Assembly (NCBI GenBank): GCA_900543755.1
Contig: UQSP01000003.1
Span: 2,747-66,746, forward strand
DNA: 64,000 nt
DNA from: an uncultured Eubacteriales bacterium
Lineage (GTDB): Bacteria > Bacillota > Clostridia > Christensenellales > Pumilibacteraceae
Direction: 5' to 3'
The position numbers were made by a program, and so were the translations under genes. Positions 9,714-20,008 of the stretch are shown here, piece after piece. Numbering within the stretch: the stretch's first letter is position 1; each line of letters opens with the position of its first letter. The notes beneath the pieces were generated by a model. It was not told where the DNA came from and searched no databases. It was given only the letters and a program-made list of their open reading frames with translations.

Positions 9714-11255
9714 ATGTCCGCACGCATTAAAATATTCGACACCACATTAAGGGACGGCGAGCAGTCGCCCGGCTGCAGCATGAACATGAGCGAAAAACTC
9801 CGCATGGCGGAGCAGCTTGACGCTTTGGGCGTGGACGTCATCGAGGCGGGCTTCGCAATCGCGTCGCCGGGGGATTTCCAGGCGGTCAAAAGCATTGCCG
9901 GCGTCGTCAAAAACGCGACGGTGGCTTCGCTTGCGCGCGCGCTCGACAAGGACATAGAAGTCGCTTACGAGGCGGTTAAGGACGCCGTCAAGCCGCGTAT
10001 TCACGTTTTTCTGGCGACCAGCGACATACATATGGAATACAAGCTTAAAATGACGCGCGAAGAGGTGCTTAAGCGCACTTATGACGCTGTGTCTTACGCC
10101 AAATCGCTGTGCGACGACATCGAGTTTTCCGCCGAGGACGCTTCGAGAAGCGACCCCGACTTTCTGTGCAAGGTGCTGGGGGAGGCGATTAAAGCGGGCG
10201 CGACTACGGTCAATATTCCCGATACGGTGGGTTATGCCGTGCCCGACGAATACGGCGAGCTTATTTCCTACATTATTAAAAACGTCAAGGGAATAGAAAA
10301 AGTCGACGTATCGGTGCACTGTCACAACGACCTCGGCATGGCGACGGCAAACAGTCTTGCCGCGGTAAAGGCGGGCGCCACTCAGGTCGAGTGTACCGTC
10401 AACGGCATAGGCGAACGCGCGGGCAACACGGCGCTTGAGGAAGTGGTCATGGCGCTTTACACGCGCAAAAACTTTTTCGACGCGGAATGCGGCGTGGACA
10501 CCACTCAGATATTTAAATCCAGCAAACTTTTAAGCATGATTACGGGCGTAAAAGTCCAGCCCAACAAGGCGATTGTGGGCGAAAACGCTTTCGCGCACGA
10601 GGCGGGCATACATCAGCACGGCGTGCTTGCCAACAAAAAGACTTACGAGATAATGACTCCCGAGTCGATAGGCCTTACCGAGAACAAAATGGTCTTAGGA
10701 AAGCACTCGGGTAAGCACGCGCTTTCCGACAGACTGCGCTCTTTGGGACTTACGGTCACCGACGAAGCGCTTGCCGAGATTTTCGACGAGTTCAAAAAGC
10801 TTGCGGACAGACAAAAAAGCGTTTCCGACCGCGATATCGAGGCGCTTGTGCACAAAAAATCGGTTTCCGTACCCGAAAGTTACAAGCTGGACCGCTTTGT
10901 AATCAACGTGGGCAACACCATTACCACCACTTCGGCGGTAAAGCTGGATTGCCCCGACGGACAGAAGCGCGAGGTGGTAACCTCTTCGGCGTTCGGCCCC
11001 ATCGACGCCAGCTACAAGGCGATTAACGATATCGTGGGCGGCGAAAGCTTCGAGCTTGTCGACTTCCTCATCGATTCGGTGACGGGCGGCACGGACGCTC
11101 AGGGCGCGGTTACCGTCAAAATCAAATCCGAAGGCAACGTTTACAACGGTCACGCCGTCAGCCTTGACATCGTCAACGCGGCGGTCATGGCTTACGTATC
11201 GGCGATAAACAACATGATTTACGACAAAAATCTGGTTAAAGGCGGAAATAATTGA
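9714..11255 (+). CDS. leuA: 2-isopropylmalate synthase
   Basis: The likely start is the ATG at 9714 behind an AAAAAAGGAG RBS. The ORF in the supplied track begins 54 nt earlier at 9660. IKIFDTTLRDGEQSPG, the HCHNDLGMATAN motif and a C-terminal LeuA-dimer domain support the call. Confidence 0.9.
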   Translation: MSARIKIFDTTLRDGEQSPGCSMNMSEKLRMAEQLDALGVDVIEAGFAIASPGDFQAVKSIAGVVKNATVASLARALDKDIEVAYEAVKDAVKPRIHVFLATSDIHMEYKLKMTREEVLKRTYDAVSYAKSLCDDIEFSAEDASRSDPDFLCKVLGEAIKAGATTVNIPDTVGYAVPDEYGELISYIIKNVKGIEKVDVSVHCHNDLGMATANSLAAVKAGATQVECTVNGIGERAGNTALEEVVMALYTRKNFFDAECGVDTTQIFKSSKLLSMITGVKVQPNKAIVGENAFAHEAGIHQHGVLANKKTYEIMTPESIGLTENKMVLGKHSGKHALSDRLRSLGLTVTDEALAEIFDEFKKLADRQKSVSDRDIEALVHKKSVSVPESYKLDRFVINVGNTITTTSAVKLDCPDGQKREVVTSSAFGPIDASYKAINDIVGGESFELVDFLIDSVTGGTDAQGAVTVKIKSEGNVYNGHAVSLDIVNAAVMAYVSAINNMIYDKNLVKGGNN

Positions 11256-12832
11256 GAAACAAAAAACTGACAATTCTGGATTCGACGCTGCGCGACGGCG
11301 CTCAAGGGGAGAGCATCTCCTTTTCGGTACGCGACAAAATCGCCGTGTGCCGCACGCTGGACGAGCTGGGCGTCGATTATATCGAGGCGGGCAATCCCGC
11401 GTCCAACCCTAAAGACGCCGAGTTTTTCCGCGAAGTAAAAAACCTTGAGTTCAAAAACGCGAAACTTACGGCTTTCGGCTCCACGCGCCGCCGCGGAGTA
11501 ACCGCACAGCAAGACCCGGGCGTAAAGGCTCTTCTTGCCGCGGATACCCCTGCAGTGTCGGTTTTCGGCAAAAGCTGGGACTTTCACGCGACGGAAATAC
11601 TGCGCGTCACGCTTGAAGAAAATCTCGAGATGATTTACGACACGGTTAACTACCTTACCGAATGCGGCAAGGAAGTCATTTTCGACGCGGAGCACTTTTT
11701 CGACGGTTATAAAAACAATCCCGACTACGCGATAAAGGCGATAAAGGCGGCGGAAGAAGCGGGCGCGGCGGCGGTGTGTCTGTGCGACACCAACGGCGGC
11801 TGTTTCCCCGACGAAATCGAAAAAATCGTGCGCGCGGCGGTGGACGCATTAAGTATTCCCGTGGGCATTCACACCCATGACGACGCGGGAATGGCGGTTG
11901 CCAATTCCGTTGTGGCGGTGCTGTGCGGCGCTACGCAGGTGCAGGGTACGCTTATCGGTTTCGGCGAGCGGTGCGGCAACGCAAACCTCAGCACCATTGC
12001 GGCGGATTTACAGTTAAAGCGCGGTTACGATTGCTTCCCCGAAGAAAACATGAAAAACCTCACGCTTTACTGCCGCAGGATTGCCGAGATTGCAAACGTT
12101 CGGCTTAACCGCGGTATGCCTTACGTGGGCGAATCGGCTTTCGCGCACAAGGCGGGTATGCACATCGACGGAGTAAGCAAAGCCTCTTTCAGTTTCGAGC
12201 ACGTTTCCCCCGATTCCGTGGGCAACACCCGCCGCTTCCTCATGAGCGAGGTCGCAGGAAGAAGCACTATTCTCGACAAGGTGCGCAAGGTGGACCCCTC
12301 CGTCACGAAAGACAGCCCCGTGACGGCGGAAATCGTAGCCAAAATCAAGGAAATGGAGTTTTTCGGCTATCAGTTCGAGGGGGCGGACGCCAGTTTCGAG
12401 CTGCTTATAAGAAAATCGCTGGGCGCGTACAAGCCTTTCTTCACTCTGGAAAAATTCAAAACCATAGGCGAGCAGATTTCCGGCGAGGATTTTTCGCCCG
12501 CGACGGCAGTGGTCAAAGTAAGCGTGGACGGCACCAGCGAAATCAGCGCGGCGGAAGGCAACGGCCCCGTCAACGCTCTCGATGTGGCTTTGCGTAAAGC
12601 GCTGGAAAGGTTTTATCCCTCGCTTAAGGAATTCGCCCTTACAGACTACAAGGTGCGTATCCTGGACAGCAAGGAAACCAGCTCCGCCAAAACGCGCGTA
12701 CTTATCGAGTCGGGCGACGGCAAAGACATCTTTACCACCGTGGGCGTGTCGCGCGACATCATAGAGGCGTCCCTTACCGCGCTTAAAGACGCGATAGAGT
12801 ACAAGCTTATCAAGGACGGCGTAACGCCGTGA
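11252..12832 (+). CDS. cimA: (R)-citramalate synthase, Geobacter/Leptospira type (TIGR00977-like)
   Basis: A TTG start overlaps the leuA stop. [53 protein letters not shown] and the tail [25 protein letters not shown] closely follow the characterised CimA family rather than LeuA. Confidence 0.75.
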   Translation: [526 protein letters not shown]

Positions 12833-13148
12833 CGGCTAAAAAAAGTTTTTTATCAGGAAAACCGCTTTAAGGTAAGCCGCTTTGCCATTATTTTTAAACG
12901 GCGCGGCGATTAAGCTTTGATAAGCGGAAACAAAAGTAAACGCCTTAACCCGTCTGCCGTTACGCAAGCCGCCGTAAAAAAAGCCGCACTGCGGTAAACG
13001 CGGGATTACGGTCCGCGCCGACAAAACGAAAAACGCGGAAGAAAACCCCGAAAAGGCTCAGCCTCAGGCGAAAAAAGAGAGGCAAAAACGCCGACGGAAT
13101 TACAAATAACGCAAAAATCAAACTTTCTTTAAGGAGATTGTATATTTT

Positions 13149-14408
13149 ATGGGAATGACAATGACGCAAAAGATACTTGCCGCGCACGCGGGACTGGATT
13201 CGGTCAAAGCCGGCCAGCTCATAGAGGCTAAGCTTGACCTGGTTCTGGGCAACGACATCACAAGCCCCGTGGCAATCAAGGAATTTGCTCGCTTTAACTG
13301 CGACAAAGTGTTCGACCGCGACAAAATCGCGCTGGTGCCCGACCACTTTACCCCCAACAAGGACATTAAAGCCGCCGAGCAATGCAAGCTTATTCGCGAG
13401 TTCGCCGGCAAAATGGACATTACCAACTATTTCGAAATAGGCGAGGTGGGTATCGAGCACGCTTTGCTGCCCGAAAAAGGACTTGTGGTTGCGGGCGACG
13501 CGGTTATCGGCGCGGATTCGCACACCTGCACTTACGGCGCTTTGGGTGCGTTCAGCACGGGCGTGGGCTCCACCGACATGGCGGCCGCTATGGCTACGGG
13601 CAAGGCGTGGTTCAAAGTTCCCTCCGCGCTCAAGTTCAACCTTACGGGCAAGCTTAACGGCTATGCGTCCGGAAAAGACGTAATACTGCATATCATCGGC
13701 ATGATAGGCGTGGACGGCGCGCTTTATAAAAGCATGGAGTTTTCGGGCGAGGGACTTAAAAGCCTTTCCATGGACGACCGTCTTTGCATGGCTAACATGG
13801 CGATAGAGGCGGGCGGCAAAAACGGCATTTTCGACGTGGACGAAAAGACCATCGAGTATATCAAAGAACACTCGACCAAGGATTACACCGTCTATAAGGC
13901 GGACGCCGACGCCGAGTACGAAAAGGTTTACGACGTGGATTTAAGCAAAATCCGTCCCACCGTATCCTTCCCGCACCTTCCCGACAACACGCGCACCATC
14001 GACGAGGTGGGCGACGTCAAAATCGACCAGGTCGTCATCGGCAGCTGCACCAACGGCAGAATAGAGGACCTCAGGGTTGCCGCGTCCATACTCAAGGACA
14101 GACACGTCGCTAAAGGCGTGCGCTGCATAATCATTCCCGGCACTCAGAAAATTTATCTTCAGGCGATTCACGAAGGACTTGTGGACATCTTCGTAAACGC
14201 GGGCGCGATATTCTCCATGCCCACCTGCGGACCGTGCCTCGGCGGACACATGGGCATACTCGCAAAAGGCGAGCGCGCCGTGTCCACCACCAACCGCAAT
14301 TTCGTGGGAAGAATGGGTCACCCCGAGTCGGAGGTTTATCTGGCTTCTCCCGCAGTCGCCGCAGCAAGCGCGGTCACGGGTAAAATTCAGAACCCCGAAA
14401 CGCTGTAA
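13149..14408 (+). CDS. leuC: 3-isopropylmalate dehydratase large subunit
   Basis: Aconitase-family motifs are present ([29 protein letters not shown]). It is the short ~419-aa form. Confidence 0.95.
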   Translation: MGMTMTQKILAAHAGLDSVKAGQLIEAKLDLVLGNDITSPVAIKEFARFNCDKVFDRDKIALVPDHFTPNKDIKAAEQCKLIREFAGKMDITNYFEIGEVGIEHALLPEKGLVVAGDAVIGADSHTCTYGALGAFSTGVGSTDMAAAMATGKAWFKVPSALKFNLTGKLNGYASGKDVILHIIGMIGVDGALYKSMEFSGEGLKSLSMDDRLCMANMAIEAGGKNGIFDVDEKTIEYIKEHSTKDYTVYKADADAEYEKVYDVDLSKIRPTVSFPHLPDNTRTIDEVGDVKIDQVVIGSCTNGRIEDLRVAASILKDRHVAKGVRCIIIPGTQKIYLQAIHEGLVDIFVNAGAIFSMPTCGPCLGGHMGILAKGERAVSTTNRNFVGRMGHPESEVYLASPAVAAASAVTGKIQNPETL

Positions 14409-14432
14409 TAAGTCACAGGAGGATTTTTATCA

Positions 14433-14924
14433 ATGAACGCTAAAGGTACGGTTTTCAAATACAAGGACAACGTCGACACCGACGTGATAATTCCCGCAAG
14501 ATACCTCAACACTTCCGACCCCAATGAGCTTGCAAAGCACTGCATGGAGGACATCGACGCGGATTTCGTAAGTAAGGTCAAACAAGGCGACATCATCGTC
14601 GCGGACAAAAACTTCGGCTGCGGCTCCTCGCGCGAGCACGCTCCCATCGCGATAAAGGCGTCGGGCGTGTCCTGCGTAATCGCCAGCACGTTTGCGCGCA
14701 TTTTCTACCGCAACGCCATTAACATCGGGCTTCCCATCGTCGAGTGTCCCGAGGCGGTCAAGGGCATAAACGCGGGCGACGTGGTTTCCGTGGACTTTTC
14801 GACAGGCATAATTACCGACGAAACCAACGGCAAAAAGTTCAAAGGCGAGCCCTATCCCGAATTCATGCAGAAGATTATCGCGGCGGGCGGCCTCGTCAAC
14901 TACATCAAAACGCAAAAAAACTGA
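14433..14924 (+). CDS. leuD: 3-isopropylmalate dehydratase small subunit
   Basis: The aconitase swivel domain contains [10 protein letters not shown]. Confidence 0.95.
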   Translation: MNAKGTVFKYKDNVDTDVIIPARYLNTSDPNELAKHCMEDIDADFVSKVKQGDIIVADKNFGCGSSREHAPIAIKASGVSCVIASTFARIFYRNAINIGLPIVECPEAVKGINAGDVVSVDFSTGIITDETNGKKFKGEPYPEFMQKIIAAGGLVNYIKTQKN

Positions 14925-15361
14925 CGCGTCGGCTTTTTTTTCGGAAACAGTCGCAACGAAATCCGACCTTAAAACGATAAACCTTTAATAACCGATTGTC
15001 TTAAGTCCCTTCGGAAAACAGGACGGAGAAAGCGGCGCAACTGTCTTTGTATTAATATTAAGACCGGAAAAAGCGGCGTAACAACACCTTTTCTTGTTGA
15101 ACCCGGGGCAGGGAAAAACGACGCAATCAAACCCGACAAAATGCTGAGCCGCAAACAGAAATGCCCGACTAAAAAGGCTGAAGCGAAAAACGGTTTTTCT
15201 TAAACAAACGGTTAAATTTGAAAAATATCAGCTTGGCGTCAGCTTATTAAACGGGTAATTCTCAGAAAGGTTTGTTAAAAAGCGGGTTTAAGGGCGGCTT
15301 CAGCGCGTTACGCAAATAAAAAAACAAATAAATTCCTAAATATAAAGGAGCTTTCAGAAAA

Positions 15362-16429
15362 ATGAAATACAACATTGTCACGGTACCCGGCGACGGAATA
15401 GGTCCGGATATAATCAACGAGGCGATAAAAACTCTTAACCGCGTGGGCGAGATTTACGGTCACGAATTTAATTTTACCGAAAAACTCGCGGGCGGCATTG
15501 CAATCGACACCGTGGGCTGTCCGCTTCCTCAGGACACGATTGACGCGTGCAAGGCGTCCGACTCGGTGCTGCTGGGCGCGGTGGGCGGACCCAAGTGGGA
15601 TCACCTGGGCGGCAACGACCGTCCCGAAAAGGCGCTGCTGGGACTTAGAGGAGAGCTTAAGCTTTTTGCAAATCTCCGTCCCGCACTGCTTCACAAACAG
15701 CTTAAAAACGCCTGCCCCTTAAAGCCCGAAATCATCGGCGACAGTCTGGATATTTTGATCGTAAGAGAGCTTACAAGCGGCATTTACTTCGGTAAGCGCG
15801 GAAGAGTAAAAGAGGACGATTCGGCGTTCGACACCATGTATTATTCGGTCAAGGAAATCGAGCGCGTCCTGCGCGTGGGCTTCGATGCGGCGATGAAGAG
15901 AAACAAAAAGGTGTGCGTGGTGGACAAGGCCAATATTCTGGAAACCTCGCGCCTTTGGAGAGAGGTTACGGCGCGCGTGGCTAAGGATTATCCCGAAGTC
16001 GAATATTCGCACCTTTACGTGGACAACTGCTCCATGCAGCTTATCCGCAATCCTCACCAGTTCGACGTAATCATCACCACCAATATGTTCGGCGACATTC
16101 TCTCGGACGAGGCAAGTATGCTTACCGGCTCCATCGGTATGCTGGCGTCCGCGTCTTTGGGCGAAACCAAGCTTGGCATGTACGAGCCTATTCACGGCTC
16201 CGCGCCCGACATCGCGGGCAAGAACCTCGCTAACCCCATCGCCACCATTCTTTCCGCGGCGATGATGCTGAGGTATTCGTTCGACCTCGAAAAAGAGGCG
16301 TGCGCCATCGAAAAAGCGGTGGACGAGGTGCTTGACAAGGGTTACCGCACCGCCGATATTTACAGCGAAGGCATGACTAAAGTGGGCACCGTGGAAATGG
16401 GCAAACTTATTACCGACGCCATAAAATAA
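15362..16429 (+). CDS. leuB: 3-isopropylmalate dehydrogenase
   Basis: Isocitrate/isopropylmalate dehydrogenase family, with NMFGDILSDEASMLTGSIGML. Confidence 0.95.
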   Translation: MKYNIVTVPGDGIGPDIINEAIKTLNRVGEIYGHEFNFTEKLAGGIAIDTVGCPLPQDTIDACKASDSVLLGAVGGPKWDHLGGNDRPEKALLGLRGELKLFANLRPALLHKQLKNACPLKPEIIGDSLDILIVRELTSGIYFGKRGRVKEDDSAFDTMYYSVKEIERVLRVGFDAAMKRNKKVCVVDKANILETSRLWREVTARVAKDYPEVEYSHLYVDNCSMQLIRNPHQFDVIITTNMFGDILSDEASMLTGSIGMLASASLGETKLGMYEPIHGSAPDIAGKNLANPIATILSAAMMLRYSFDLEKEACAIEKAVDEVLDKGYRTADIYSEGMTKVGTVEMGKLITDAIK

Positions 16430-16497
16430 AGTTTTTCTCTAAATAGCAGTCTTTCGATTAAGATAAAGGTCTTTTGCGTAAAAGATTTTTAAGAAGA

Positions 16498-16553
16498 ACG
16501 TCTTAAGGTGTCGACAAAAACAAAAAACGTCTTAAGGTGTCGACAAAAACAAG
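16498..16553. repeat. 29-bp direct repeat x2 in the leuB-ilvE spacer
   Basis: AACGTCTTAAGGTGTCGACAAAAACAA occurs twice, each copy holding the palindromic hexamers CTTAAG and GTCGAC. The surrounding 250 bp also carries four AGTCTTT motifs. Confidence 0.7.
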
Positions 16554-16779
16554 TTTTTATCGGGAAGCAGTCTTTTTCCCCGAAAATAGCGGTTTTTATC
16601 GGTAAAAATTTTTCTTGACGGAACAAAGTTTTAAAAAATTTCTCCGACAAAAGGAAGTCTTTTATCAATAAGTCTTTCGGGGACAAAAACATCCTGCGTT
16701 TCAGAATACTTTTTCGGCCGGGCGACCGCCGCGGCAATAAACAAAGTGCGGAAAATTTTATAAAAAAGAGGCAAAAATC

Positions 16780-17664
16780 ATGCAGTACATCTATCTAAAC
16801 GGAGAATTTGTGGAAAGCGACAACGCCAAAGTTTCGGTTTTCGACCACGGCGTGCTTTACGGCGACGGCGTTTTCGAGGGGATACGCGCTTACTCCGGCA
16901 GAGTTTTCCGCCTTAAGGAGCATATCGACCGCATTTTCGCGGCGGCAAAAGCCATTGCTCTTGATATCCCCATGAGCAAAGCAGAACTTGCGGAAGTGGT
17001 CAAAAAGACCTGCGCCGTAAACAACCTCAAGGACTGCTACATCCGTCTTGTGGTGACTCGCGGCAAGGGTGACCTTGGACTTTCCCCCTCAAACTGCGAT
17101 AAACCCACGGTATTCTGCATTGCGGCGGGCATCAAGCTTTACACCGCCGAGCAGTACGAAAAGGGCATGGCGGTAATCACCTCCGTTCAGCGCAGAAACA
17201 AGGCGACTATCGTCGACCCGCAGATAAAGTCGCTTAACTATCTCAACAACATTCTCGCCAAAATCGAGGCTAACCGCGCGGGCGCGGCGGAAGCGCTTAT
17301 GCTTAACCACGACGGCATAGTTACCGAATGTACGGGCGACAATATCTTTATCGTCAAAGACGGTGTGATTTACACTCCTCCCGTTTACGTGGGAATCCTG
17401 GACGGAATCACGCGCCGCACCGTCATCGAGGTTGCCGCGAAAATAGGCGTGCCGCTTAAGGAAACCGAGTTCACTTTGTTCAACGTTTACAACGCCGACG
17501 AGTGCTTTCTTACGGGTACCGCCGCCGAGGCGATTGCAGTTACTTCCGTGGACGGAAGAAAGATAGGCGAGGGCGTCTGCGGTCCTGTGACAAGGAAAAT
17601 TCTGGACGCTTTCCAGAAAGCCGCGCGCTCAGGCGAGTACGGCGACGAGATAATCTATAAGTAA
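16780..17664 (+). CDS. ilvE: Branched-chain amino acid aminotransferase (class IV)
   Basis: 294 aa, aminotransferase class IV fold, located inside the ilv-leu cluster. Confidence 0.85.
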   Translation: MQYIYLNGEFVESDNAKVSVFDHGVLYGDGVFEGIRAYSGRVFRLKEHIDRIFAAAKAIALDIPMSKAELAEVVKKTCAVNNLKDCYIRLVVTRGKGDLGLSPSNCDKPTVFCIAAGIKLYTAEQYEKGMAVITSVQRRNKATIVDPQIKSLNYLNNILAKIEANRAGAAEALMLNHDGIVTECTGDNIFIVKDGVIYTPPVYVGILDGITRRTVIEVAAKIGVPLKETEFTLFNVYNADECFLTGTAAEAIAVTSVDGRKIGEGVCGPVTRKILDAFQKAARSGEYGDEIIYK

Positions 17665-17835
17665 GACGGGATAATCCGTAAACAAAAAGATTTCGTCAAG
17701 CAACAAGGCTTCGTCTGCGCTTTTACGATAAAACGGGTACGGACGGAAAAAACACTATAACATTAAGTCAGCCGCGGCGAAAAAGCGGAATAACCGCTTT
17801 AAGCCCGAACGGCACTGAAAACGGAGTTTACGACA

Positions 17836-19494
17836 ATGAAAAGCGACAACGTAAAAACAGGAATAGACAAGGCCGCTCACCGCTCGCTTATGAAGGCGCT
17901 GGGCTGGACGGACGAAGAGATTAAAAAGCCCATTATCGGCATAGTAAGCGCGCAAAGCGAGATTGTGCCCGGGCATATGCACCTTAACACCATCGTTACG
18001 GCGGTTAAGGAAGGCGTTTACGCCGCGGGCGGTATGCCCGTAGTCGTCCCTGCAATCGGCGTGTGCGACGGCATTGCCATGGGGCACGAGGGCATGAAAT
18101 ATTCGCTTGTCACGCGCGAGCTTATTGCCGACTCGGTGGAGTGTATGGCAAAGGCTCACGCATTCGACGCGCTCGTTCTGGTGCCCAACTGCGATAAAAT
18201 AGTGCCCGGCATGGTCATGGGCGCGCTCAGGGTCAACGTTCCTTCCATTGTGGTCAGCGGCGGCCCCATGCTCAACGGCTTTGCGTGCGGCAAAAAGATT
18301 TCCCTTTCGGATATGTTTGAGGCGGCAGGCGCGGTCACAAGCGGAAAAATGACCATGCAGCAGCTTCACGAGTACGAGGACAACGCTTGTCCCACCTGCG
18401 GCTCCTGCAGCGGTATGTTTACAGCCAACAGCATGAACTGCGTCATGGAGGCGGCGGGCTTCGCGCTTAAGGGCAACGGTACGGTTCCCGCGGTGTATTC
18501 GCAAAGGATAAGACTTGCAAAAGAAACGGGCGCGGCGATAATGCGCGTGCTTAGTGACGGTATCCGTCCGCGCGATATATTCACTACCGACGCGTTCAAA
18601 AACATCATCGCCGTGGATATGGCGCTGGGGTGCAGTACCAATACGGCTTTGCATCTTCCCGCGCTGGCGCACGAGGCAGGAATACCGCTTCCGCTTTCGT
18701 TTTTCAACGAGATAAGCGAAAAGGTGCCCAATCTTTGTAAGCTTGCGCCTGCAGGCAAACACTTCATGAGCGACCTTTACTACGCGGGCGGCGTTTACGC
18801 GGTCATGAAGGAACTGCTTGACGCGGGCCTCATCGACGGCAGTCTTAAAACCGTTACGGGCAAAACGGTCGCGGAAAACATTGCGGATGCGGTTGTTACC
18901 GACCCCGAAGTAATCCGTCCCGTATCCGATCCGTATTCAGCAAGCGGCGGTCTTGCGGTACTGTTCGGCAATCTCGCGCCCGACGGCTGCGTGGTAAAAC
19001 GCAGTGCCGTTGCGCCCGAAATGCTGGTTAACCGCAGCAGAGCGCGCGTATTCGACAGCGAGGACGACTCCATTAAAGCCATTCTGGGCGGTAAGATTAA
19101 GCCCGGCGACATTGTGGTAATCCGTTACGAGGGGCCTAAAGGCGGTCCCGGTATGCGCGAAATGCTTATGCCCACTGCGTCCATCGCGGGCATGGGGCTT
19201 GATAAGTCCGTCGCGCTTATCACCGACGGCAGATTTTCGGGCGCCACGCGCGGGGCAAGCATCGGCCACGTTTCTCCCGAAGCTGCGGAGGGCGGCCCCA
19301 TCGGTCTTGTCAAAGACGGCGACATCATTTCCATCGACATGAACAAGTATTCCATAACGCTGGAAGTCAGCGACGAAGAGCTTGATAAGCGCAGAAAGGA
19401 GCAAAAGCCGCCCGTCAAAAACCTCAGCGGATACCTAAAGCGTTACGCCGCGCTGGTCACTTCCGCCGACAAGGGCGCGGTCTTTAAAGACTGA
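17836..19494 (+). CDS. ilvD: Dihydroxy-acid dehydratase
   Basis: IlvD/EDD family motifs [13 protein letters not shown] and the Cys cluster [10 protein letters not shown]. Confidence 0.95.
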   Translation: MKSDNVKTGIDKAAHRSLMKALGWTDEEIKKPIIGIVSAQSEIVPGHMHLNTIVTAVKEGVYAAGGMPVVVPAIGVCDGIAMGHEGMKYSLVTRELIADSVECMAKAHAFDALVLVPNCDKIVPGMVMGALRVNVPSIVVSGGPMLNGFACGKKISLSDMFEAAGAVTSGKMTMQQLHEYEDNACPTCGSCSGMFTANSMNCVMEAAGFALKGNGTVPAVYSQRIRLAKETGAAIMRVLSDGIRPRDIFTTDAFKNIIAVDMALGCSTNTALHLPALAHEAGIPLPLSFFNEISEKVPNLCKLAPAGKHFMSDLYYAGGVYAVMKELLDAGLIDGSLKTVTGKTVAENIADAVVTDPEVIRPVSDPYSASGGLAVLFGNLAPDGCVVKRSAVAPEMLVNRSRARVFDSEDDSIKAILGGKIKPGDIVVIRYEGPKGGPGMREMLMPTASIAGMGLDKSVALITDGRFSGATRGASIGHVSPEAAEGGPIGLVKDGDIISIDMNKYSITLEVSDEELDKRRKEQKPPVKNLSGYLKRYAALVTSADKGAVFKD

Positions 19495-20008
19495 AGCGGC
19501 TTAAGCCGAGCGGGAAATATTTTATTAATCGGTGGTCCTGACGGATCCAGGGTTTGATTAGCGGTAAATTGTGAATAAAAAAATCTTTCTTCAGCGTAAA
19601 AGGTAAAAAAACAACTTTTTTTACCGTAAATCGGGGGAGGGAGAGCAAACAAAAAAATCCTACACCGTCATAAAAAAAGAAAAAAAACGTTCTTTGCCCT
19701 CATAAAAAAGTCAGAAATTTTTTTACTTAATATCGGGACAGAGCGGAAAAATCTTTTGCCGCTTAAAAAAACGGGAAAGGCAAAACGTGCTTTACCGCAA
19801 AACGTAAAGACGGCAGACAAAATCTTACGCAGCCATAGAAACGCGGTAAGAAAGCCTTTTTACTTCAGTCCGGGAGCGTAAAGATTTTTTAACCCATAAA
19901 AAAGCGATAGCGGCAAAAAGCTTTCATTGACGGCAATCGGGGAGAAAAAAAGTAAAACTTCCGCCCCCAAGCGGCGGACAAAAAAATAAAGCACAAGGAA
20001 AAGCGGAA

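Noticed and set aside
12960-13871. Long antisense ORFs (12960..13871-, 17755..18762-, 8678..9541-, 5977..6480-, 37789..39567-, 40243..40905-, 41533..42135-, 46580..47419-, 49581..50534-, 35858..36721-)
   Set aside because: Each lies opposite a confidently identified gene with clear family motifs. They are typical high-GC antisense open frames with no RBS.
14919-14946. Terminator after leuD (GACGCGTC followed by T9)
   Set aside because: The palindrome is too short to form a hairpin with a loop, although a long T-run is present. At most it is a weak pause or partial terminator, so it is not listed as a feature.
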